Assembly (NCBI GenBank): GCA_003427395.1
Contig: BFEA01000034.1
Span: forward strand, 3,408,125 to 3,472,124
Direction: 5' to 3'
Length of the DNA: 64,000 nucleotides
DNA from: Chara braunii
Taxonomy: Eukaryota; Plantae; Charophyceae
The stretch's first letter is position 1. Each line of letters begins with the position of its first letter. The position numbers and the translations under genes are program-made. Below the pieces are notes generated by a model. That model saw nothing but the letters and a program-made list of their open reading frames with translations, was not told the origin of the DNA and searched no databases. This document shows positions 39,293 to 51,089 of the stretch, one piece after another.

Positions 39293-41073
39293 CCTGGTTG
39301 ATGAGACTGGTGATAGAGGCCAATGACAGCTTGTACTCCGACTCATTTCCTGCATAATAATACAGCGTTTGCATGGCTTTCATCTCAATGAGTGCTGACT
39401 TGTCATTCGTGTTGTGTGTGTTTTGAATCGTCTGTGAGGTTTCGGTGCTCTGTTAGTGAGAATCGTTGTGGAATTGAGTTGGGTTCCTTGCACCTTTGTT
39501 ATCAGGGCTTCAGGGGGACAGTAGGGTGGTCTCTAGCTGGCTTTGTGACAAAAAAATTTCGGGGTTGGTGTGAAGTCTAGGCGCGTTGTTCTCATAATAT
39601 GATTGTACCCTGTTCCTACTTGTCTTGGGTGAGTGTGTTTTCATTGCATCGGCCTGTGGGCATGGTCTTTGTTACTCTGTGTATGCAAGCCTGCTTGAAT
39701 GTCTCTTTCCCCCTCTCTTGGGTGGACGGTGGGCTGGTTTCGGGGTTGAAGGGGAGATGATTGCTGTCTGAATGAGTGTGGTTCATTTGCTTTGGGTGAT
39801 CAAATGGGAAAATGGAATGCGGGGATGCACTGCAGGTATTTGCCACTGAAACGAGTGTCTTTGCGGGCAGGTGAACGGGAGGTTCTTGATTTGCAGAGGC
39901 TTCTTCTGCATGAGGAGATTGGCCGAGGGGCCTCGGGAGCAGTTGTTTATCGATGCACATTAGGGGATGTTACCGTTGCTGCTAAAGTGAGTAAGGTGTC
40001 ATTTGATACCACTGCGTATCCAATCCTCCCAAGCATGTGAGTCAGAACAATCAAGAGGACGTTTTTTGTCACAGTGAATGAACGAGTGTAAACTGAAGGA
40101 AGGCGTTTGTAGAATAGGACCAAGAGACCTTTCGTGCTGTTTGGTAGCACACAAGCAACCAACCGGTCATGGTGTTTGGTAGAAGAGCAAGTAACTTAGT
40201 GTCATTGGGGACACTGGGACAGGTACGCTGTCTGATTAGTTGATGTGGGAGGTCTTGCTGGACTGTGTTTCAAAGTTTTCTCTCCCTTTTCTGTTCCCTG
40301 TTGAACCTGTTTGTTTTTGTTACTTGAAGCTGATTTCACTCTTTGTTTGTCTCAACGAGTGTTGCCATGGATCTTGGGACCTTCTCAGCAGCGGCTGTGT
40401 GGTTGTGCAGGTGCTCTTTGGCAGAGACCTCAGGGCATATCATGCGAACTTTGGAGGCGTCAACCGTTCTATTAAAACTTCTTTGCTGTGGTGGCTTGAC
40501 GCACCATGACAACCCTTGCACCCATAGATAGATAGTCTGACAGATGTGATTCTGCGAACTCTGGAGAATGCCAAGCATGTTGAGTGTGTAATGAAGGCCA
40601 CATTTCATGTGTTTGCTGAGAAGATGAGGACACATCTGTTTCTTCGAGTTGGCCAGCCAGGGAGCACCCTCGATTATGGAGGGGGCAAGAGTAGAAGGTG
40701 CTGTCATCTCCTGGGAGAGATGAACACTGCTCGTTGATCTGTTTGTGACTGCAATTGTGTGCTTGTTTGTGGTTGCAATGCAGGTGCATGATTGTCTGTT
40801 GTATTCGTCTTTTCCAACGGCAGCATGAACTGGCTAGTTTGTGTGGACTTGCCTTCCTGAGTGGTGCGGCTTCATGTCAAAATGCCTATACGCAACCATA
40901 CGGTGGCCTCCTGAGTGGCAGGCCATTTGTCTCAACATGCCTATATGCAGTCTAATGCTGTGATGAGATCCTGCTATGGTCTAACTCGATACTTTGTGAA
41001 CATCCTTTTTTTTTATAGAAAAAACAATTGGACCATTTCTCGATTTATGCGTGTAATCCTTTGCGCAGGGGCC

Positions 41074-41105
<32 letters not shown>

Positions 41106-44100
41106 ACGGATGTCCCGAAAGACCTTTTTGAACATTCTTAATTAGGGCTAAGCGTCATACGGATGTTGTGTGCGTATGTTATGTGCTGTATGGGCGCAGG
41201 TGATGAGGTCGACTGGAATCAATGGTTGGTTGTGTCATGGCAACAAGGAGGTGATGGGTGGGGTTGCCTGTCCGCAGAGAGATTTCACTCTGCCACTGAG
41301 TGAACTGCGCTTGTTAGCAAGCTTGCCTCGCCATCCAAGCATCGTAGAGTTCTACGGCCACCACATCTTTACTGATTATTATGGGATGACCTCGGGGCAG
41401 GAAAGGTGTAGTTCAGCACCAGAGACGCAGAACAATGGCCGAGTGGCATATGGCCTGATGTTGTTCATGGAGTATGTTGCCGGCGGGTCTTTGGAGGTAT
41501 GGTCATCTTCTTTCCTCCCGAGTGTCTTTTAGTTCCCTCTTCACCTACTGTAGGCCTTGTGTGGCTCGCTGGATGTTTCAGGACGCCTCGTCTCACAAGA
41601 CCGGAAGCTGTGATGATCATGCAGGAGATCTCTATTTTGGTCATGCGCACAGCATGAGGACCCTGAGTTTGACCAAGTCTCCAAAGCTTTATTTGGGGAT
41701 TTTTTTTGTGGGAGGTGGGAGGGGAAAGGAGGGTGCAGGGTAAAGGGACAGATAAATTCAATTCATGTCGGAGTTTCATTTCCCTCACCAATGGTTTTAG
41801 AGGGAAGTTACTCTGCGTTGGAATTAGAATGACCTGTTGACCTAGCTCAGTTGGTACACCCACAATACAGATGTGAGCTCAAATCCACATGGAACTAGAT
41901 TTAAAAAAAGAGGCAAGGAAACAAAAAAGAGAATGGCCTGCTGGCTGTTCAAGGGCTCGTGGATCTGCAAATGGCTCTGCTGAAACATATATCAGTTCAC
42001 TGCTTCTAAGTTCTCTAACCAATGCCACTGATGACCTCCCATAGTTCAACCCGCTACTTAAGGGGCGGCCTCAGCTGAGCTACGTCAAGGTCTAGGTTAT
42101 GATAACACATGGTCTTCTGACAGACCGACCGATTGTGACTGTGCCATTTGTGACAGAGAGGGGCTGCGCATTTGAACCGTAAGTGCTTATCCCATCAGTG
42201 CACCACCAGTAGTGCACCCCCTATATACAAGTGGTTAACAGGGACCCCCACTTTTCAGCTCTTGGGTAACGTTGGTCCAAAACTGAAATCAGCGTTTTGG
42301 GGTCAATCATNTTTTTTTTTTTTTTTTTTTTTTTTNTTTTNTTTTTGTGTGTGTGTGTGTGCTGTTGGTTAATATGCTCTGTCCGGTCTGTGAATCGGTG
42401 GCAAGTTTGGGGAAGAGTGCATTTGGGTTTTCTTATAAATGGGTTGAGAAATTGTCTGAAAATTTAGGTCTCAGTTAACCATCTCTCACCCTATATCAAC
42501 TGGCTGTTCGATTTAGTGAGGAGGAAGATCGTTGGGTCTTTTGGATGAACAGGTGGCATGCTTTCTGGATAGATAGAGAACTGCTTCACACAAATTCAAT
42601 GAGGGGATTATTTCTCCACTGGCTCTCATCCAGTAACAACATGCTTTTTTTTTTATCTCCAAATTTTCAAAATAAAGAAGAGCGTTTTATTGGGCGGTGA
42701 TTGCAACCGTCTGGATCAGATAGAACTGGTGTTTGAGGATGGTACACGATTCCCAGAAAGACATCCAAGTGCTCTGAATGGACCCAGGGATTTTCATGGA
42801 ACATGCTTCAGATGTGGCACATCAAACATGCTGCTTGGAAGATATCTGGAGGTAGGACAGCATCTCTGGTAGAGTTTCCTGCAAAAGTGGTGAATCCAGA
42901 ACAAAAATGGAAAGAGATTGGGTGTGGGGTTGGCAGATAGGGCACATGTGGGAAGAATCTACGATTGAATAGCATATCTTGGAGGGCAGATTTATGGGTA
43001 CATTTTTTAGGAGGAACCGTTATTCAGAATGCGAACTTTTCCAAACAGATGGCAGGGGATTGCTGAAGGGCGAGGGGATCGGCCAGATCAGATCCACTAC
43101 TGTGGCCCCCCCCCCTCCCTCCCCCTCCCCTCCTCTGTAGGGAGAAGCTGCTGAAATGAAGTTGCACGTTAAACCAGCAGTACCTCTGAGCCTCTCTTTT
43201 CCGATGTGTGATTTTGCCTGGCCCTGAAATCTCGAACTGTTGCGGGGGGTGCGATTTCCCTGGTACTGCCAACCGTTTTCCGCTGGTAGACCAAGCCTTG
43301 CAGTGGCACTGGATTAAACAGTGAGTGCACACAGGGTAGGTCGGGTGGTTGAAGCACAAACGAGCAAAGGAGGAATAGGTGCATCATATATGGGCCCAGT
43401 GGGTTGGGTTCGTTTGGTATGCTCTCTATCTTAGAGAGGTGGCATCCGCACAGGGTAGGTGGGCGAAGTAGTGTTGGTTGAAGAAGAGACGAGCAAAAGA
43501 GGAGGAACAGGTGCATCATATATGAGCCCAGTGAGTTGGGTTATTTTGGTATGTTCTCTATCTCAGAGGGGTGGCATCTGTCTGAGATCTTCCAGTTCAT
43601 TGAACATAATGCTTGCTCTTTCTTGCAAACCTTGTCCAGTTCTCAGTGTCCTTTTTTTTCAAGAAGATAGCTGGCATGCATCTTACACTTGTTTTTGATT
43701 GTGGTGGTGAACCTTTCTTATGGCCCTGTTCTTTCTTCCTTCACTCTCTCTCTCTTAGCTTCCCCTTTTCTTTTGTTTTCTTTCCTTCTTTCCTTCCTTA
43801 TTTGCTTCCTTTGTCCTGTCCTTTCTTTGGAGCAGGGTTACCTTGCAAGATGCCGTGAGCGGGGGGATCAATTGTTTCCTGTGGCGATCAGTGTCCGGAT
43901 TGCGAGAGAGGTGGCTAAAGGAATCGCGTGGCTTCACTCTCAGGGGCTGATTCACAGAGATATCAAGGTAGCCCATCATGGGGATCAGTCTCCAGCCCAT
44001 CAGATTGCTTTGTGTTCAGTATGCAGAGTAGGGGTGCTCTGGTTCACACCTGTTCACCCCAGTCCGATTACTTGTGGGGTGTGTCTCTCCCTCTGGACTG

Positions 44101-45545
44101 GGGTGAACAATGGCACACTTAAGTTTAGATGCAGGTGCCATTGTCCTGGAGTCTAGGTTTCTAAACTTAAGTGTGCAGGACAATGGCCAATGCTCCCACT
44201 TAAGTTTAGATGCAGGTGCCATTGTCCTGGAGTCTATTTATCGGAGCATTGGCTGCTCCAGTCCAATTTGAGAAGAAAGCATGATCGCAGCCAGGAGAAA
44301 TGGATAGAGAAGCCAAACGAAAACTACAAATGGAGGCCAAACGGCGTATCTCAGTTGGTTTCACACACAAGTTGCATTTAGGTGGTCGTGGGTTCAATCC
44401 CCCTCGGCTGCCTGCGGCATGCTTGGTGTTCACCACCTGAGATAGTTCGCTTGGCCACCTTAGTCGGTCTTGGTAGGGCCCTGGGTTCTCTTAGAGGCCC
44501 TAGCTCCTGCTATCCCTCTCTGGTATAGTTGGGTAGGTAATGAGGTATATTGCTACACTTATGGAAATCGCTGATGTGACAAATCTGGCATCCGGGCCAT
44601 CCGCAGTCCTTCAGGGCCGACGACCCGGATCGAGACGTGGTCTTAAGATTTTAAGATCGTGCGACGATCCATGTCGTCCGCGGTTCTACCGGGTGACAAC
44701 CAGGATCCGCGGGCGATATTACGATTTTAAGGTCACATAACGATCTGGGCCGTCAGCCCTGTACCGGTTGGCGAACGGCCCAGATTAGAAGTTCGCAACT
44801 GAAAGGCCTGGGGAAAAACTGGTTCCAGGTGGGCCGGTCCCCTATCCGTCTACGCTCAGGCTCTTCCCTCTACCCGGTAGATCAGGTTTGCACCCGTATA
44901 GATAGGTAGGTAGTGTGACGGATATCCCTACGCTTATAGAAATCACTACTGTGACAAATCTGGCATCCGGGCCATCCGCGGTCCTACCACGCCGACAACC
45001 CGGATCGTGATGTGGTCTTGAGATTTTTAGATCATGCGGCGATCTAGGTTGTCAGCGGTCCTACCAGGCTACAGCCAGGATCGACGTGCAGTTTTGAGAT
45101 TTTAAGGTCGTGCAACGATCTGGGCCGTTGGCCCAGTACCGGTTGGCCAACAGCCCAGATTCGAAGTTTGCAGCCGAAAGGAAGTTAGGGCTGCCCTGCC
45201 TGTGGAAAAACCGGTTCCATGTGGGTTGGTCCCGTCTTGGGGTGGTGGTGCATTTTTTTATTTTTTATTTTTTTGTGAGTGGTGTGTAGTTTAAGGCAAC
45301 ACACACTGGGACGGGCACAGTGTATTGTTAACGAGACAACACACTCATGCGGATGCCCGCCTGCCCACCGGCCGCAAGCACACTCTCAAACACACATGGA
45401 CGCATGCACACAAATGCATGGTAGGGAGACGGTCGTGGTGGAACCTCCTGATGAGTTGGTGAAAGTCCAATGAAACAGTCTGGCACAGTGATGTTTTTTT
45501 TGCGGAGTTCACACAAACACACGAAGAGTGGGTAAACATACAAGT

Positions 45546-45641
<96 letters not shown>

Positions 45642-45741
45642 ATGCTCTCCTCTTTCGAGTCAGTCGTTACGGAGTCTAAGAGAGAGAGAGAGGAGGGAGT
45701 TTTTTTTGGTTGTTTTCTTTCTTTTTTTTATACTGTTTCTG

Positions 45742-45834
<93 letters not shown>

Positions 45835-45835
45835 N

Positions 45836-45907
<72 letters not shown>

Positions 45908-48900
45908 AGTGGAAAGCTGGCCCGGGCTCTTTGGAGACTTGCCATTATTCATTGAACAGCTTTGTGTGTGTGCACTAAGACACACCACCTCTGATGAGTT
46001 GGTGTGGTGGCTTTAGTCGTATGTAGCAATTGTCAATCAGGACGAAATCAGCTGGCACATTAATGGCAAAAGGGAATCGCCTTCAAAGAAATTATGTTGA
46101 TGATTTGATCACACCCGCACATCGTGTCGAATCATGTCACATGTACACACCGCACAGGTGCCTCCAAACTTGCATGTGTATGCCGTCATGCTAAGGTACA
46201 CAGCATTAGGTGAGAGTATTACGACTACCTGACTTGTGTAACCAACATGTGCTTGTGCATGCATGTGCTGACTGTCAGACATGGCGCGTGTCATGTTTGT
46301 TTCAATTTATTCCGTTTTTCTGATTTTGCTTTCCATTTTTCATGTAGGGACCAGACCTAGGGCAGGGATGTGAGACACTTTGGCAATGGTGATATATATA
46401 TTCATGGTTTTCTATATGGCTGTTGAGGCGTTGCACTCATCTTCAACTGGGCCTCTTGGGATACCGAAGGGCATACTGACGGCCATGTATATTCCAGTGA
46501 GGAAGCTCATACCGTGCCCATAGTGGTGGTTAGTTTCCAGGTGTTGCAGGACATGTTTCTTTATAATTCCGGTGAGGAAGCTCATACCATGCCCATAGTG
46601 GTGGTTAGTTTCCAGTGAGGAAGCTCATACCATGTTTCTTTGTAATTCCCGCATGTTGCACCAGCACAAACTGCTCTGCTGTTGTCTAAGGCTTGTTGCC
46701 ACCTGCAGGGTGGAATATGTGCGTGCTGGGCATCAGGGCTTCATTGGTCGCTTGAGGGATTACATTATGCAGAAAGCCGTAGGCTCTTGCTCCCAGACTA
46801 TCAACTGGCAGATGCAAGAGGTCAGCTTGGCCTGCTGTTACATACTTCAATGAGTATGGGCAGAACCAAAGATAGGATGAGCATTTATGCAACGGAAGTC
46901 TGATAACGAACTGACTCACATAGACTGACTCACACCAACTGACTTACATGGCATCACTCCACACACATACAATCATGAGATGGTGGGGTCTGGGTCATTC
47001 ATAGACGATACCCAGATCCCGTACACACATACACAGATGAAAGGTGGGAGGAGAGATGAAGGAGGTGGGAGGTAGATCACACCGATAGGTCACAACGATA
47101 GAGTCTGATAGGTCTCCGAAATGGTAGTCCAGAATGTCATATAGCAAGATCAAAATGTCGAGGACCAAAGGTCACCAATGTCGGAGATAACGGAGTCCAG
47201 ATGTAACCGGTGTCCAACTGTGATGCAGCCGAGTATCAACCTCACCAATCTCCAAGTCTCCAATCAGGTAAGTACCACAGTCTCGTATCACCGAAATCCA
47301 ACTCTGATCTCTGTCCAACTGAAGAAGAAGAAGAAGAAGAAGAAGAAGAAGAAGGAGGAAGAGGAGAGAGAGAGTGAGAGGGGACTGGCGAGGGAGAGGA
47401 GGAGAGACCCTCCAAGCTCCCGATACCTCAGGCGGTAAGAACCGCCGTGCAAGCTCAGTCGCCCACTGCTGCTCCTCTCGCTGCTGCGCTATGCTGCGCT
47501 CCTGCTTCAGCCCCTGCGCTAAGTTTAGCGCATCAAAACAGTGCCCTAGCACTGACCATGCCGTGCCGGTAGAGTTCCGGTAGGCCGATCCCCCTACTGA
47601 GGCGGATACCGGTACTTATACCGGCGGGCAATGGTCTGGCCTCAATGCTGCGAGGCCAGGCCAGACCCTGGACCGTCCAGATGGACGGTTCAGCCTCAAT
47701 CGGCGGGCGGCAGCTTCAAGAGCGCCGCCAGGCCCAAACGAAGTGTCGTTTGGGCCTACCCGATGGGTGATAGTCCAAAATCAGGCCTTTAGGGCCTGTA
47801 ACCCCAAAGGTCGGGCCTTTAGGCCCTGGTGTGTCCCTCCGGCCCTAAGTCGGGTCCGGTAGGACCCGTGTGAGTCGAAGATGTAACACCTGCCTTTGGT
47901 TGCAAGCAACTATTGGGGCTGCGCTCAAGCTTTGGGCTTCTGGTTCGCTGCCTACAGGACTACCGTTGACCAATCAATTGAAAACATTTGTTATCTATCT
48001 GCCTGTATTGTTGTTTGTGGATGTGTAATGGGTTGCTTGTAGGTGGCAATCTGCATTTTTTTCCAAGTGTCAGTTAGCTCATATTATTTCTACTTGTCCG
48101 TTTCCTTTCTGTCGGGTCCTCTCCCGAAGATGGTACCGTCCAACCTTTTGACTGCAGGGTCTGCCATCTGTGAATCAATGCCGCATATGCTTTATCGATG
48201 AGTAGAAGCCATGGCATCAGAAGTCTGCCGAAAGTGTTTGCACAACTGTTAACGCCACTTGCATTATCCCTGCTTGTTATGTTATGACTTGTCTTTTCAG
48301 AGCAGCAATATTCTGGTGGACGTTGAAGGATGGGATGCAGAGGACACCATTCCTAAGGAGGAGGACAGTGAGAGCACTCTTGATGGGGATATCCAACAGG
48401 AAAAGAAGAAGAAGAACAGTACAGCTAATGATGACAAGGACGGTCAACCGAGCTCTACCAGAGGGAATGGCAGGCCTTGGGTAGTCCGTTCTGTGAAGAT
48501 TTGCGACTTCAGCACTGCAGTCCATCTTGCATCGTCATCACAGATGACGCATGCCAGAGGCAGGGAAGGAATGTGTTGTAGCAGCAGCTGTCACTGGCGA
48601 GCGCAGCTTTGTGACACTCCCCCAGCCGATAGATGTGTTGGGACACCGAGATGGATGGCTCCTGAGGTTCTGAGGGCTATGTATATGCAAAATGCGTATG
48701 GACCGGTACGCTTTCTCTCCTTGCTTCTCAACTCACCTATACACCCGACCCTGAGTGTACGAGCTTGAATTTTGAATTTTGCCGCGGCTGAAAGCCATGG
48801 GCACCAGCTCTTGGAATATTGGAGTGGTACCGGTACCGGCCTCTGTTGCTGGACCTGCTGCCAGAAGATGGAATGAAAAAGGAGGCCGCTGTTTCACTCC

Positions 48901-50869
48901 TTGGCATCCAGCAAAACACCCATAGGAGAGAAGACCTGCATGTAGCACATTTCGGGTGCCAGATGCAGGCGCATGATCATGAATGGCTGCCTGTTCGCAA
49001 AACAAGCGAGCAGTAGTATATAATTTCTCCTTACAGATGAAAAGTTGAAAATAAAATAAAGCAGAGGAACTTATTGCTCTACACGAGATTGCCTGCAAGA
49101 TCTTAGGGCACCTCGGTTAGTCCTCTGACAGCTGCGCCGCTACATGTTCCACACGAGATTCGTAGTGCGCACTTCCTGTGCCAAACACACGTGTGGATTC
49201 CCACAGGACTGCCCGTTCTCCTTGGGCAGGCACTCAAAAAAAAGTTTTTTTTGTCTTTTTCGTTTTTCCTTTCTTTTTGGTGCCAAAGAGGCAGGAGCAC
49301 TTAACTTTTCTGCGCCGGTATGCAGACACAGAACGGGCGCTGGTACGTAACCTGTGAATCACTGCATACTTGCCTACCGCGGGCGTCTCTGCGCTTTTTC
49401 CTGAAGTTTGAGGGCTTTCTGCCCTCATGTAGTGCATGCTCGGCATGTGGCGGGCATTTTGCCATTCTGTTCCTTTGTTTCAGTCGGGTTTTTTTTTTTT
49501 TTTGCGATAGCTGAACTTCGTCTGTGCATACGGGCATCTGTTTTCACATGCACGGACTGAAGCAGCGGGCAGAACAACAGTCCATTTGCGTTTTTCTGCT
49601 GGGCCCACCTCTTTCTACCCCGTTGCACTGCCTGGCGTTCCCCGAGCCCCAAATGTTTATTGTGGCGACAAGTTTATTTTTCTTCAAGGCTCGGGCCATG
49701 TACTGGTAGTTTAAATCACCCACGACAATAGATTTGACCAATCAAGGGCACGCACCGTTTTGGAAGACCATGTAGGCATGCCTTTTGAGAAATGCTGCAG
49801 GGATTGGGGATTGCTGGACTTGTGATGCCATATTCACATCATGTTTCAGCCGCATGCATCGCCGAAAGTTTGACAGGGCGCACACCATTTTGATAGATCA
49901 TGTAGGCATGCCTTTTGAGAAAAAAACTGTTGGGATTGGTTACACCATGTTTCAGCCGCATGCATCCTCTAAAAGTGTTACAAAACAGTCTGTTGCAGCC
50001 CACGATTTCTTGCCCTTTTCTCCCTTTCTGCCTATGGCTCACCTGGGATATCTTTGTCAAAATATGCGTTAATGATTTCTCTAGCTACCTGCGTCAAATC
50101 ACCGGTCAGTTTTGGAGGTGCAGGGGTTGGGCCTGTCACTAGCCAGCCATGCTGTGCCTCCAGTGGCGGCAGTGTCTGTAGTGTGTTTGTGGGTGCGGCA
50201 GAGTGACCTTTGTTTCGTGGGGGGGTTGCGGGCTCATGATCGGGTGTGTGAACCTGCAGACTGTGGAGTCTGTGGGTGGGTGATAGGCTGCGTTGATTTT
50301 TGCCAGGGGTACCCTAGAATGCAGTGCTTGGTCCTCACCGCGGGGTATTAGCTGTGGGGCAGGGGTTGGAGCGCACCTGCATCTGGGGTTGAGGTTTATA
50401 TTCACTCGCAGTATCTATGGACCCTGCAGGCTGCCAATGATTTAACCTCTTGACGTGTCGGTGAAATGACACCAAGGATGATCCATCGTAAACTTGCGAT
50501 TGTGTCATTAGTAGTTGCATGTCGATCGCCTTGCTATGACAGCTGCTGAGAGCATGCCGCATCAGGAAATGTTCCCTCATTGGAGGCATGAACTTGGACG
50601 TGGCTGCGACGGGGTTCCCTGTAGTACCACAATGATAATAAAAGGGTTTGAAAGGGAATGAAAGAAAAGAAGAAAACTGTACAGCTCTGTATAGTCTTCT
50701 CAGTGACATACTGTAAAGCAGCCTGTGATTATTGACAATCTGAAGGTCGTAGGGTTTTGCAATCGCTTTCGTCTTCCTGCACAGAGTTTGTGTAACGCTT
50801 GGTATGTTGTCACACTGTCAGCTTAAACCCGCCATCCTGCACTTTCAAGAGAGAGAGAAGGATCTGTGG

Positions 50870-50950
<81 letters not shown>

Positions 50951-51000
50951 NCCTCTCCCTCTCTCTCTCTCGTCTCCACGGATAGCATCAACAAAATCGA

Positions 51001-51089
<89 letters not shown>

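Noticed and set aside
42600-43030. GIY-YIG endonuclease remnant that could partner the ribozyme repeats
   Set aside because: No convincing motif in the frames I read; no autonomous partner was identified in this window.
46497-46632. CRISPR-like array (GTGAGGAAGCTCATACC three times; similar short duplications at 21982, 26728, 44110, 52224 and 56527)
   Set aside because: Local tandem duplications with non-unique spacers, no cas genes, and a eukaryotic context.
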